A stretch of DNA of 64,000 nucleotides, taken from assembly GCA_045862955.1 (NCBI GenBank), contig BTVI01000018.1, positions 1 through 64,000 on the forward strand, read 5' to 3'. The position numbers were made by a program, and so were the translations under genes. Position 1 is the stretch's first letter, and the number at the start of each line of letters is the position of its first letter. Positions 9,871 to 19,467 of the stretch are shown piece by piece. Source of the stretch: Fimbriimonadales bacterium. Lineage in GTDB: Bacteria > Armatimonadota > Fimbriimonadia > Fimbriimonadales > JABRVX01. The notes beneath the pieces were generated by a model. The model was not told the DNA's origin. It was given only the letters and a program-made list of their open reading frames with translations, and ran no database searches.

Positions 9871-12684
9871 ATGAACCTGATTGCCCTCATCCTACTTGCC
9901 CAGACCGCGACGCAGAACCCTGTCAGCGCCGATTGGACGCAGCGCGAGCTGCGCGCCGTCGGACTCGCCCTGCACGCCATCAATATGACACGGGCCGACC
10001 TCGGCTACGACAAGCGGCCGTTCAACGACCGATGGCGACTGCCATGCGTGGACGCGGTGCTCGACGACCCACCCGCCGCCCCGCGATTCGTGGAGACCAT
10101 GCGCGCCGCGCTCGAGAGCCCCGCACCTCGCCCATCGGACCTCGCATGGCCCATTCACAAACTGGACGAAACGCCTCCGCCCGGGCCAGAGCGTCTCGTC
10201 TTCGATAGGGAGCTGATGCAGGTTCCCGAGCCGCTGCGGACAGCCGTCCGCCCACTGCTCCTCGCCCTTGCCGAGGCAGATGCCGAGCTGAGAGCCGCCA
10301 CCGCTCGCCTCAGCGCGTCCGAGCGTCAGGAGCTACTGCGCGGCTTGCCCTACCTGGCGCTGGAAGAGGACATGCCCGAGGCACGGTTCGACTTCGTGCC
10401 CGACGGCCCGAGAACCGATCCCGAGCGCGTGTGGTTGCTCCTCGAGAAGCTGGACGTCCAGCGCCTGTGCCGCGCCGCCGACGCCCTGCACCAGGTGTCC
10501 AGTCCTGCGCTCACTGACCCGCTCTTGGTCCTAGCGCGAGGCTCCCTCAAGAATTGGAAGCAGACTCTCGTCGTCCAACTCCCCATCGGCAAGCTGGTGC
10601 TCGCGGGAACGGGACACGATAGGCACGACCACGGGCCCAACGTGGTTGCTCTGATCGACCTCGGCGGTGACGACACCTACGTAGGACGGATCGGCGGTGC
10701 TTTGGGCCGCCCCTCCTTCTCGTTGGACCTTTCGGGCAACGACCGCTACATGCTGTCCGACCTCTCCGGTGGAGCGGGCTTCCTCGGCACGGGGCTGTTA
10801 GTGGATCTCGCGGGCGATGACCTGTACGAAGGGGGACACCTCTCTTTGGGTGCAGGGCTCGCGGGATGCGGCGTGCTGCTGGACCGAGGCGGAAACGACA
10901 CGTATCGTGGTCATGCCCTCACTCAGGGGTTTGCCATGTTCGGTCTCGGGTGGCTCGATGATAGCTCCGGCACCGATCTGTACGATGCGTGGTTCTTTGC
11001 GCAGGGTGCATCCGCTACCATGGGTGTGGGAGCGCTGGCCGACCGCTCTGGCAACGACGTCTATCGCGCAGGTGGGTGGATCATGAATGCACCGCTCCTC
11101 GAAGCGCAGAAGGTGCATTACAGCTTCGCGCAAGGCTTCTCCACCGGCTTCCGAGAAGACACCGGGGGGCGCTCCGGAGGCTTCGGGATGTTATACGACG
11201 CGGCGGGCGACGACACCTATAACGGGGAGAGCTACTGCCAAGCCGCCAGCTACTGGTTCGCATTCGGCGCCCTGTTGGATGTTAGCGGACACGACAGCTA
11301 CGATAGCTACTACTACTCGCAGTGCTCGCCCATGCACCTGTGCGTCGCAACGCTGATCGATCTTTCCGGCGATGACTCCTACTCTTGCAAGCTGGGTGCT
11401 ATGCACGCAATCGGGCACGACTACGCCGTCGCCGTGATGCTCGACAGGAGCGGTAACGACGTGTGCGCGGGAGGTGATAGTCGTCCCGCACTCGGTAACG
11501 CGAACGGTGTGGGCATCTACGTGGACGCTGCCGGCAATGACCGATACCACGGCCCGCCCGGCAACGCGAACGAGGCGCGGGGCTCTGGTAGCGTTGGTGT
11601 GTTCGTGGACATGGCAGGGCAGGATCGCTACTACGAGGGCTTCGGCGATGGCAAGCTCGAAAGGCGTGGCTCTTGGGCGATTGCACTGGACTTCGCCGAT
11701 CCCGTGGAGGGCCAGACTGCTTTGTTCGACACGGTGGACGAGCAGCTCGACAAGTCCCTTCAGCCACTCGCTCCGAAGCCGCCCCGAGCCGCCGCACAGA
11801 GACCTCCGGCACCTCCGTGGGTATCCGACACGCCAGAAGACCCTAACCTCGAGCCCATCTACCGCGACGCCATGACCTGGGAAGTCGGAACCGCCCGCGA
11901 TAAGGTGCGCGCGGCCCGACAAAGACTGATAGAAATCGGCATGCCCGCCTGCCGTTACATGGTAGACAGGCACATCGGCGACTCGAACCGCCTCGCCGAC
12001 CGCGCTTTCGAAGAGGTGTTCGGCGCAGTCGGAGAACCCGCCCAACAGCTACTGGCAGCCCGGCTAGACGATCCGCATCCCGAGGTGGTGCGTAACGCCC
12101 TGCGCATCCTCACCACGCTCAAGTCCCGCCTTCTCGGCCCCCGACTGCCGACGCTGCTCGAGCAAGAGCCGTACCGCAAGGCCGCCATTCGCGCGGCGGG
12201 CGCACTGGGCATCGCAGAGGCGGCTCCGCAGCTTCGTGCCCTGCTGGCGGACAAGGACGAGACCGTCGCTTTGGAAGCCGCGATAGCCCTCGGCCAGATC
12301 GCCGATCCCAACGCCGCCGACGACCTCGCGGCCACTTTGGCCTCTCCATCCATGCCCCTGCGCGAGGCAGCCGCGACCGCCCTCGCCCGCCTCGGCCCAA
12401 CGTCCCAGCCAGCCGTAGTCGCGGCGTTGGAGAGCGAGGACCCGACCGCTCTGCGCCTCGCCCTGTCCGTGCTGCGCCGAACGAAACCTCCGGAGGCGGA
12501 CCGGCTCGTCGCCCGCCTGATGGACCACGCCGATTGGGGAGTGCGCCTGGAGTGCGTGGACACCCTATTCGCGCTCGACAAGGGCGCGTGGGCCCTGACC
12601 CACGAAGGCCGCGAGACCCACCCACTGGTTCTCGCGCGCCTACGCACGCTGGACCGCGACCGCCCGAAGGAGCCGCAGCCATGA
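9871..12684 (+). CDS. Secreted protein with D-x-x-G-[DN]-D-x-Y repeats and C-terminal HEAT repeats
   Basis: Start MNLIALILLAQ after GGAGG; many DLGGDDTY / DRSGNDVY repeats; HEAT-like EAAIALGQI / EAAATALARLG. Confidence 0.75.
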   Translation: MNLIALILLAQTATQNPVSADWTQRELRAVGLALHAINMTRADLGYDKRPFNDRWRLPCVDAVLDDPPAAPRFVETMRAALESPAPRPSDLAWPIHKLDETPPPGPERLVFDRELMQVPEPLRTAVRPLLLALAEADAELRAATARLSASERQELLRGLPYLALEEDMPEARFDFVPDGPRTDPERVWLLLEKLDVQRLCRAADALHQVSSPALTDPLLVLARGSLKNWKQTLVVQLPIGKLVLAGTGHDRHDHGPNVVALIDLGGDDTYVGRIGGALGRPSFSLDLSGNDRYMLSDLSGGAGFLGTGLLVDLAGDDLYEGGHLSLGAGLAGCGVLLDRGGNDTYRGHALTQGFAMFGLGWLDDSSGTDLYDAWFFAQGASATMGVGALADRSGNDVYRAGGWIMNAPLLEAQKVHYSFAQGFSTGFREDTGGRSGGFGMLYDAAGDDTYNGESYCQAASYWFAFGALLDVSGHDSYDSYYYSQCSPMHLCVATLIDLSGDDSYSCKLGAMHAIGHDYAVAVMLDRSGNDVCAGGDSRPALGNANGVGIYVDAAGNDRYHGPPGNANEARGSGSVGVFVDMAGQDRYYEGFGDGKLERRGSWAIALDFADPVEGQTALFDTVDEQLDKSLQPLAPKPPRAAAQRPPAPPWVSDTPEDPNLEPIYRDAMTWEVGTARDKVRAARQRLIEIGMPACRYMVDRHIGDSNRLADRAFEEVFGAVGEPAQQLLAARLDDPHPEVVRNALRILTTLKSRLLGPRLPTLLEQEPYRKAAIRAAGALGIAEAAPQLRALLADKDETVALEAAIALGQIADPNAADDLAATLASPSMPLREAAATALARLGPTSQPAVVAALESEDPTALRLALSVLRRTKPPEADRLVARLMDHADWGVRLECVDTLFALDKGAWALTHEGRETHPLVLARLRTLDRDRPKEPQP

Positions 12685-13658
12685 CCCAAGCCGAAATCGC
12701 CGCTGCGGCACTGCAGTCTGGAGTGGTTCTGGCTGGATGGTTAGTGATCGCGGTTGTCGCATGGTTCGCCTTCGGCTGGCTCTCCGGGCGGCTGCCCGAG
12801 AGTGCTTCGGCCCGCCAAGTGCTGCTCAGGCTGCGCATGCCCGCAGTCGTGGGCTGTGTGGTCTTCGGGCTCTATCTTGCCACTTCTTATTGGCCTCTGT
12901 CGGAAGTCGTGCGAGGTCGCGTGACCGCCGCTGCAATGGTGTGTGCCACGCTCGTCGGCGCCTTCGCTCTCGCGCGCATCACCTCCAAAGTGCTGGATTG
13001 GTACCTGCAAGCCTTGCGCACGGAGCAGCAAGCGACCGCGCTGCAGCTCATCCGCCGGCTGCTGCTGACAGCAATATGGGTAGTGGCGGGGCTGATTGCC
13101 TTAGACCTGCTGGGCTATCGCGTCGGGCCCCTGGTCGCGTCGCTGGGGATTGCGGGTATCGCGGTCGCGGTCAGCATGCAAGACATGCTTTCGGGCTTGT
13201 TCGCCGGCCTTTACCTGGCACTCGCCCGCCCCTTCGTACTGAACGAGTACATCCGAGTGGACGGTGTCGAAGGGTTCGTGGAGCAGATAGGTCTTCGCAA
13301 CACCATCCTGCGCTCCCGCTTCGGCGAACAGCGCATCATTCTTCCCAACGTCAATCTCATCCGCTCGGTGGTCACGGCGACGCCCAACGCAGTGCAACAG
13401 GTGACCGTTCGAGCACGGGCGGCCGCGACCACCGACGTTGCTGCGCTCCAACGAGCCTGCCTGGCAGCTGCCCAATCCACTGCAGGCGCGGACCCTACCT
13501 CTACGCCGGTCTTCCGAGTGGTGGACCTACCTGCCGGCACGCTGGAGTTCACCCTCACGGCACGATTCTCGCAACCCGAGGACGCGTCTCTGCTGGAACA
13601 CCGTCTTCGCTGCTCGTTACATACCATCCTGAGGGACCACTCCATCACGCTGGCGTGA
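12681..13658 (+). CDS. MscS-family mechanosensitive channel
   Basis: SLGIAGIAVAVSMQDMLSGLFAG...PF...EGFVEQIGLRNT...IILPN. Confidence 0.88.
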   Translation: MTQAEIAAAALQSGVVLAGWLVIAVVAWFAFGWLSGRLPESASARQVLLRLRMPAVVGCVVFGLYLATSYWPLSEVVRGRVTAAAMVCATLVGAFALARITSKVLDWYLQALRTEQQATALQLIRRLLLTAIWVVAGLIALDLLGYRVGPLVASLGIAGIAVAVSMQDMLSGLFAGLYLALARPFVLNEYIRVDGVEGFVEQIGLRNTILRSRFGEQRIILPNVNLIRSVVTATPNAVQQVTVRARAAATTDVAALQRACLAAAQSTAGADPTSTPVFRVVDLPAGTLEFTLTARFSQPEDASLLEHRLRCSLHTILRDHSITLA

Positions 13659-14142
13659 CAGCAGCAGTCGCATCATAGCTCTGTTAGCACTAGCCCCGGG
13701 CTCTGCGCACGCGACACTGCCCGCCTGTACGCGAGGTGTTGTACGGACTGGCGACGCCCTCGACTGCTTCTTTGCGCTCTCTGTGGACCTCTGCGTGCTC
13801 CGCGTGGACTCTCATCAATCCGCCATGCCGGCACTCACACGTTGCATCCCACCGCTCGGCCATCCGTCGGATTGTCGCCCAAAGGGGCCGAAGGCCTCGC
13901 CGAGCCCGCAGCGGCTGGCACTAAGCTCTGCTCATGTCTCGAGTCGGAAAACGGCGATGCGAGCGGAGGAGTCAGCAGGGCCTCCCTCGGTCGTGGGGCA
14001 TACCAGCTGCTACGCCACAAGCACCTCCCCGCTCCGTCGAGATGACAGGGCTAAGATGCGCTAGCGCAGGTCACCTCTCTGACGCGCTAGAACGTCCTGC
14101 CGACGGACCCACTCCTACCACCCAGTGGCCGCCGCACTGTAC

Positions 14143-14483
14143 CGTCATGCTGAGCTTGTCGAAGCATGCGACCGATAGCCGCACCACAGGAACCCAAACC
14201 TACCCTATGCAGCCCGCAAGCGTCATGCTGAGCTTGTCGAAGCATGCGACCGATAGCCGCACCATAGTAACCCAAACCTACCCTCTGCGGCCCGCAAGCG
14301 TCATGCTGAGCTTGTCGAAGCATGCGACCGATAGCCGCACCACAGGAACCCAAACCTACCCTCTGCGGCCCGCAAGCGTCATGCGGAGCTTGTCGAAGCA
14401 TGCGACCGATAGCCGCACCACAGGAACCCAACCCTACCCTCTGCGGACCGCAAGCGTCATGCTTCGACAGGCTCAGCATGACG
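14143..14483. repeat. Tandem array of four 78-bp units, each starting with REP-like CGTCATGCTGAGCTTGTCGAAGCATG, closed by an inverted copy
   Basis: Units start at 14143, 14221, 14299 and 14377; inverted palindrome at 14455-14483. Confidence 0.92.
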
Positions 14484-14722
14484 CTCGGAGCGCACTTTCG
14501 GCAGCTCGTGCCTCCGCCGCTTGCGGTGGAGGCTCGCTATGATCGCGCTGGCACCCGTACCGACAGCCTCCACCGCAAGCGGCGGAGGCGTCCTGGCGAT
14601 ACCACCAACAACCACACGCAAGCCCGTGCCTCACCCTACCACGAGCACGAACTCCCTCTCCTGCCGCTCCAAGGGCAGACACGTCGAGTCGCTGCACACC
14701 TGATACGTCGCTACCACGCGCG

Positions 14723-16765
14723 CTATTCACCAGCTATCACGTCCTCTGGCAAGGTCACATGCAAAGAGACCTCGACCGGCCCTTGGTAGAAGGGCGCGTC
14801 ACCACGCTGGAAAGTCGGCTCGGGCATACGTGTCTCCCACTGCCACTCACTCGGCAGGTCCTCCAGACGCACTGACAATCGCCCTGCAGGCGCTTCCTCT
14901 CCCGCGGCATATATCCGCCATCCCGTCGGCACCGTTAGCATTACCGGAACGCGCGCCAGACGCTCGGCTACCACCACACGCTCGGGCACGCTGACCGTCA
15001 CCTTCGGCAGATCGGGGACTAGTCTCTGGCTCGCTCTCAACAGGGTCGCTCCGAACGATGGCGCGTCTCTCAGCATCGCGCCGAAGGCACGCACCGTCTG
15101 ATGCGCATATCCTCTCCACCGCGTGTCACCCGTAACATCTGCCAGGCGTGTTAGTGCCAGTGCGGCGACCCCGTTGCCGCTCGGCTCGGCATTGTCCTCC
15201 GCCGTCTTCAAGCGTGCTACGTGATCACCGGTGTCAGCGTAGTCGAAGAAGCCACCTTGTTCGTCGTCCCAGAATCGATCCACCATCCGCTGCGCAATCC
15301 ACTCACACTGTGTCAGGTATTCACCCTTCCTTCTGGCATTGGAGAGCGACACGAACGCCTGCAAGAGGTACGCGTAGTCCGCGAGGAAGCCCTCGCCGCT
15401 GACGCGTCCTTCCCTCCACGCTCGCTGCAGCGCTCCCTCGCAAACCATCTCGGTCAGGATGAACTTCGCCGCTTCCTCGGCAGCATCTAATGCATCTGCG
15501 TACGCGAACACCTCCGCCGCACGGCACAGCCCCTCGATCATCAGTGCGTTCCAGCCCGATAGCACCTTGTCATCCGTCGCGGGCCGCACGCGGCGGGCGC
15601 GATAGTCGAACAGCGCATCGAGGCAGTCACGCATCGCACCTACCCCCGACCCCTCGTCCACCAAGCCGAGTACCGAGCGGCCATGCTCGAAGTTGCCCCG
15701 CTCGGTGACACCGTACACGCGCAGGAACCGCTCTGCCTCCACACCCAACACCGAGCGGACCTCGCTGGCCGCAAACACGTAGAACTTGCCCTCCTCCCCT
15801 TCGCTATCGGCATCCAGGCTGGAGAAAAATGCACCACTCTCGTGGCGCAGCTCACGGAGCACGAACCGCACGATGCCCATCGCTGCCTCGCGATAGGCAG
15901 GGTCCGGTCGCAGCGTGTAGGCCTCCGAGTACACCTCTAGGAGCTGCGCCTGGTCGTACAGCATCTTCTCGAAGTGCGGCACCAGCCACATTCGGTCCGT
16001 GGAATAGCGGAAGAACCCCCCACCCACGTGGTCGTGGATGCCGCCTCGAGCCATAGCCCCGAGCGTGTGATGCAACATGGCCGCCGCACGCTCGTCTCCT
16101 CCCCGCGCCGCGTCGCACAGCAGCCGCAAGACGGGCGCCATCGGGAACTTCGGCTGCAACGAGAACCCTCCGCGCTCCTCGTCGAAGCGCCCGGCCAGAG
16201 AGCGAACTGCCTCCTCCAAAGCGCCCGAGGGAACGAGAGCGCTCCCCCCGCTGCCCGCGTGCGCGCGCAGCGCTGCCGACACCTGCAGGGCCTGTGCACT
16301 CAGCTCACCCCTCGCGGTCCTCCATGCGCGTGCCAGCTGCGCTAGTAGGTGGAGAAACGCGTCCTCCGGAAAGTACCTTCCTGCCGCCAAGATGGGGTCT
16401 AGATTCGGCGTCAGAAACGCCGAGAGTGGCCAGCCTCCGCCCCCGGTCATCAGCTGCGCGGCGAGCATGTACTGAGCGTCCACGTCCGGACGCTCCTCCC
16501 TGTCGACCTTGATAGAGACGAAGTCTCTGGCTAACGCGGAGGCCACGGACTCCTTCTCGAAGACCTCGCGCTCCATCACGTGACACCAGTGGCACGCGGC
16601 ATAGCCGATGGAGAGGAAGATCAATTTGTCCTCCTCTCGGGCTCTGGCGAGCGCCTCCGGACCCCACGGATGCCAGTCAACGGGGTTGTAGGCATGTTGC
16701 AGTAGATAGGGGCTGGTGGCGTGGATCAGCCGGTTCGGCCGCCTTGCCCCCGCGGGAGTGTTCAT
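14723..16765 (-). CDS. YyaL/SSP411-like thioredoxin-domain protein (six-hairpin glycosidase-like) with DsbD-like C-terminus
   Basis: [44 protein letters not shown]. Confidence 0.92.
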   Translation of the reverse strand: MNTPAGARRPNRLIHATSPYLLQHAYNPVDWHPWGPEALARAREEDKLIFLSIGYAACHWCHVMEREVFEKESVASALARDFVSIKVDREERPDVDAQYMLAAQLMTGGGGWPLSAFLTPNLDPILAAGRYFPEDAFLHLLAQLARAWRTARGELSAQALQVSAALRAHAGSGGSALVPSGALEEAVRSLAGRFDEERGGFSLQPKFPMAPVLRLLCDAARGGDERAAAMLHHTLGAMARGGIHDHVGGGFFRYSTDRMWLVPHFEKMLYDQAQLLEVYSEAYTLRPDPAYREAAMGIVRFVLRELRHESGAFFSSLDADSEGEEGKFYVFAASEVRSVLGVEAERFLRVYGVTERGNFEHGRSVLGLVDEGSGVGAMRDCLDALFDYRARRVRPATDDKVLSGWNALMIEGLCRAAEVFAYADALDAAEEAAKFILTEMVCEGALQRAWREGRVSGEGFLADYAYLLQAFVSLSNARRKGEYLTQCEWIAQRMVDRFWDDEQGGFFDYADTGDHVARLKTAEDNAEPSGNGVAALALTRLADVTGDTRWRGYAHQTVRAFGAMLRDAPSFGATLLRASQRLVPDLPKVTVSVPERVVVAERLARVPVMLTVPTGWRIYAAGEEAPAGRLSVRLEDLPSEWQWETRMPEPTFQRGDAPFYQGPVEVSLHVTLPEDVIAGE

Positions 16766-16796
16766 GGTTTCTCCTCCGAGACAGATCCGATCAACT

Positions 16797-17504
16797 TCAG
16801 CGGACGAACCTGAACTTTATCAGCGTCCAAATGGCGATGACGCCGTCCCACCAGCGGATCTTCTTTCCCGCTGACTTCGTCCTCGGCACATAGCGAATGG
16901 GCTTCTCGGCGATGCGATGCCCCGCCCGCAGAGCCTTGGCTGTGACCTCCGGGCAGAACTCGAAGCGGCGGCACGTCAGTTTCATATTGACTAAAACGTC
17001 GGTTCGAAACGCCTTGTAGCAGGTCGCCTCGTCCGAGAGCCGGTGGCCGTACAGAACCGTGACCATCGCTGCGAGAATTCGGTTGATCGCACGGTTCGCG
17101 AACGCCATGCCAGCAGGAAAGCCGTGATGAAAACGGTTTCCGTACACTGCGGCTGCCCGCCCCTCCAGAATATCGCGGACGAGGGCCGGGATGTCTTCCG
17201 GGTCGTACTCCAGGTCGGCGTCCTGAATGATCACCGCCCTTCCTCGCACATGCGGGAGGGCCGCGCGGATCGCCGCGCCCTTTCCTGCGTTCTGCTCCAG
17301 ACGGATCACCCGAACGCGATCGCTGGCAACCTCCTCCGCCCGTGCACTCGTCCCGTCGGTCGAGCCGTCGTCAACGATCAGAATCTCCTTCTCGAACGGC
17401 GCCGCCTCGACGCGCCGTATCACCTCGCGAATGGTCGCGGCTTCGTTGTAAACGGGGATGATAACGGTGACCAGGTCACCGGAGTCGCTGATCCCGGTCT
17501 TCAA
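16797..17504 (-). CDS. Glycosyltransferase family 2 (DPM1-like)
   Basis: [35 protein letters not shown]. Confidence 0.92.
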   Translation of the reverse strand: MKTGISDSGDLVTVIIPVYNEAATIREVIRRVEAAPFEKEILIVDDGSTDGTSARAEEVASDRVRVIRLEQNAGKGAAIRAALPHVRGRAVIIQDADLEYDPEDIPALVRDILEGRAAAVYGNRFHHGFPAGMAFANRAINRILAAMVTVLYGHRLSDEATCYKAFRTDVLVNMKLTCRRFEFCPEVTAKALRAGHRIAEKPIRYVPRTKSAGKKIRWWDGVIAIWTLIKFRFVR

Positions 17505-17591
17505 GGCGGCTCATTATGGCACGGCCCTCGGATCGCAACCTGGGCGAGGTGGAGTCGAGGAGTCGGCCGGCCAAAACGGGGTCCGAGGCCT

Positions 17592-17701
17592 TGTGAAATT
17601 CCTGTGGACAACGGTGTGGGACAGGGGTGAAGTTTTGCTACGCTAACGGTGCGGTGTGGAAAAGTCGCCCCTTTTCCACACTCGTATCGCACTTTTTCAC
17701 A
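17592..17701. promoter_or_regulatory. Cluster of DnaA-box-like 9-mers (candidate oriC or DnaA-regulated promoter)
   Basis: TGTGGACAA 17603-17611, TGTGGAAAA 17655-17663, TTTTCCACA 17672-17680, TTTTTCACA 17693-17701, plus weaker matches at 17592 and 17615; consensus is TTATCCACA. Confidence 0.6.
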
Positions 17702-17873
17702 CGTCCCTCGACACTCTGCTCACAGAACAGCGTCCAACCTCCCAGCCGACCGCCTTGCGCATTTCGCAGCTCCTTCCCCACCATCTCTGGACGAACGTCC
17801 TCCCTCCTGTCATAACAGAGTCTGAATCTCGAAGCTGCTTCATAATGGATTAGGAGGATGTGAAAAGACCCTC

Positions 17874-18959
17874 GTGCGCCTCATCGAGATCAGGCTAGAG
17901 AGCTTCCGAAGCTACGCGTCCGCTCGCCTCTGTCCTTCTCCCAGGGTAACCATTTTGCATGGTGAGAACGGCGCAGGCAAGACCAACCTCTTGGAGGCTA
18001 TCCACTTTCTTTCCACGGCCCGCGGATTTCGCAGCGGCCGGGACGGAGAGATGATCCGCTGGGACGCTCCGTTTTGCCTCGTAGAAGGACAGGTCGAGCG
18101 AAGCGATGGGTGTCGAACCATCTCGATCCGCTTCGAGCCAGGAAGTAAGAAGCTGGCAGCGATCGATGGAGCATCGGTACCCCGGGTTGCAGAAGCCATC
18201 GGTTGCCTCCACGTCGTGGACTTCAGCTCCCGCGACCTTTCGATCATTCGAGGGGAGCCTTCCCGCAGGCGTGACTTCATGGACGTGGAGCTGGTGCAGC
18301 AGAGCTCGAGCTACGGGATGGACCTCGCTCGCTACAAGCGCTCTCTGGCGCACAGAAACGCACTGCTGGGCGAAATGGCAGCTGGCTCGACATCTGCAGA
18401 CCTCAGCGTGTGGGATGAGCAGCTGGCTCGCTTTGGAGAGCCCATCGTGCGGGCCAGGCAAGAGTGGCTCGAAGCCATCGCGCCTATCGCGAGCGAAACC
18501 CACTCGCGTCTATCCGGAGATGGCGAAAGCCTATCGTGTCGCTACCGCCCCGACATACCGCCGGGTGGCTTATTAGAGGCCCTCGCAAGCTCTCGCTCGC
18601 AGGACCTCGCACGTGGCACCACCTCGCGCGGGCCGCACCGAGACGATATAGAGATCCTCGTTTCCGGCCGAAGCGCCAGACAGTTCGCTTCTCAGGGTCA
18701 GCAGCGAACCGCCGCGCTCGCACTGAAGGTGGCCCAAGCACAGGTAGCCGAGCGGAGAATGGGAGAAGCCCCGGTCCTGCTCCTAGACGACGTGCTGTCC
18801 GATCTCGACGAGGCTCGGCGCAACCGTCTGCTCGAATACTGCCTGAGTGGAGCGCAGATGATCATGACCTGCACGGACACGCACCAGCTGGCAGCATCGG
18901 TGCTAGCGAATGCAAAACTGGTGCAGGTCTCCAACTCGCGACTCGTCGAAGAGAATTAG
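17874..18959 (+). CDS. recF: DNA replication/repair protein RecF
   Basis: GENGAGKTNLLEAI, GPHRDD, SQGQQRT, LLLDDVLSDLD. Confidence 0.96.
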   Translation: MRLIEIRLESFRSYASARLCPSPRVTILHGENGAGKTNLLEAIHFLSTARGFRSGRDGEMIRWDAPFCLVEGQVERSDGCRTISIRFEPGSKKLAAIDGASVPRVAEAIGCLHVVDFSSRDLSIIRGEPSRRRDFMDVELVQQSSSYGMDLARYKRSLAHRNALLGEMAAGSTSADLSVWDEQLARFGEPIVRARQEWLEAIAPIASETHSRLSGDGESLSCRYRPDIPPGGLLEALASSRSQDLARGTTSRGPHRDDIEILVSGRSARQFASQGQQRTAALALKVAQAQVAERRMGEAPVLLLDDVLSDLDEARRNRLLEYCLSGAQMIMTCTDTHQLAASVLANAKLVQVSNSRLVEEN

Positions 18960-18962
18960 GCG

Positions 18963-19466
18963 ATGCGACCTCTGAACGAAGCGCTTCCGCAAGCAATCCG
19001 AGGCATGGGGCTGGAGCGTCAGGTGCGTGCCCGAGCTGTGGTCGCCAAGTGGCGAACCGCAGTAGGTGATGTGCTCGCACGAGTGTCGGAGGCCTCGTTT
19101 TTCCGTTCAGGCATTCTATGGGTTACGGTTACGGACAGCGTTTGGCAGCAAGAGCTGAACATGCGCAAAGACCTGATCATTGCTCGCCTTAATGAAAGTA
19201 TAGGCGAGAAACTTATACAAGATATCCGGTTTCGGCCAGGTGCCGTGAGCCCGCCGCCACCGAGGGAGGAGGCACCAGAGGAGCCGTGGAGACCCTTCAC
19301 GCGATCGGGGCCGGAGAGAGAGTGGCAGGAAGTGGTAGACAGCGTTCGCGCTCGCGTCATAAAGCGGCAGCGGGCGATGGAGGAACACGGGAGTCCAATC
19401 TGCCCGCGCTGCCGGAGGCGGTTCGAGGGCGATCCGGGCCTCTGCCCGACCTGCCGCGCGACGTAG
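18963..19466 (+). CDS. DUF721/DciA-family protein with C-terminal Zn-ribbon
   Basis: Directly follows recF; W..AVG...A...G.L.V...DSVWQQEL pattern; CPRC...CPTC tail. Confidence 0.8.
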   Translation: MRPLNEALPQAIRGMGLERQVRARAVVAKWRTAVGDVLARVSEASFFRSGILWVTVTDSVWQQELNMRKDLIIARLNESIGEKLIQDIRFRPGAVSPPPPREEAPEEPWRPFTRSGPEREWQEVVDSVRARVIKRQRAMEEHGSPICPRCRRRFEGDPGLCPTCRAT

Positions 19467-19467
19467 C

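Noticed and set aside
14143..14483. CRISPR array
   Set aside because: The would-be spacers are nearly identical to each other, no cas genes are present, and the repeat occurs as dispersed solo palindromes.
13934..14542. Repetitive ORFs (VMLSLSKH...) on both strands
   Set aside because: They are translations of the 78-bp DNA repeat, whose length is a multiple of 3; there is no RBS or protein-like features.
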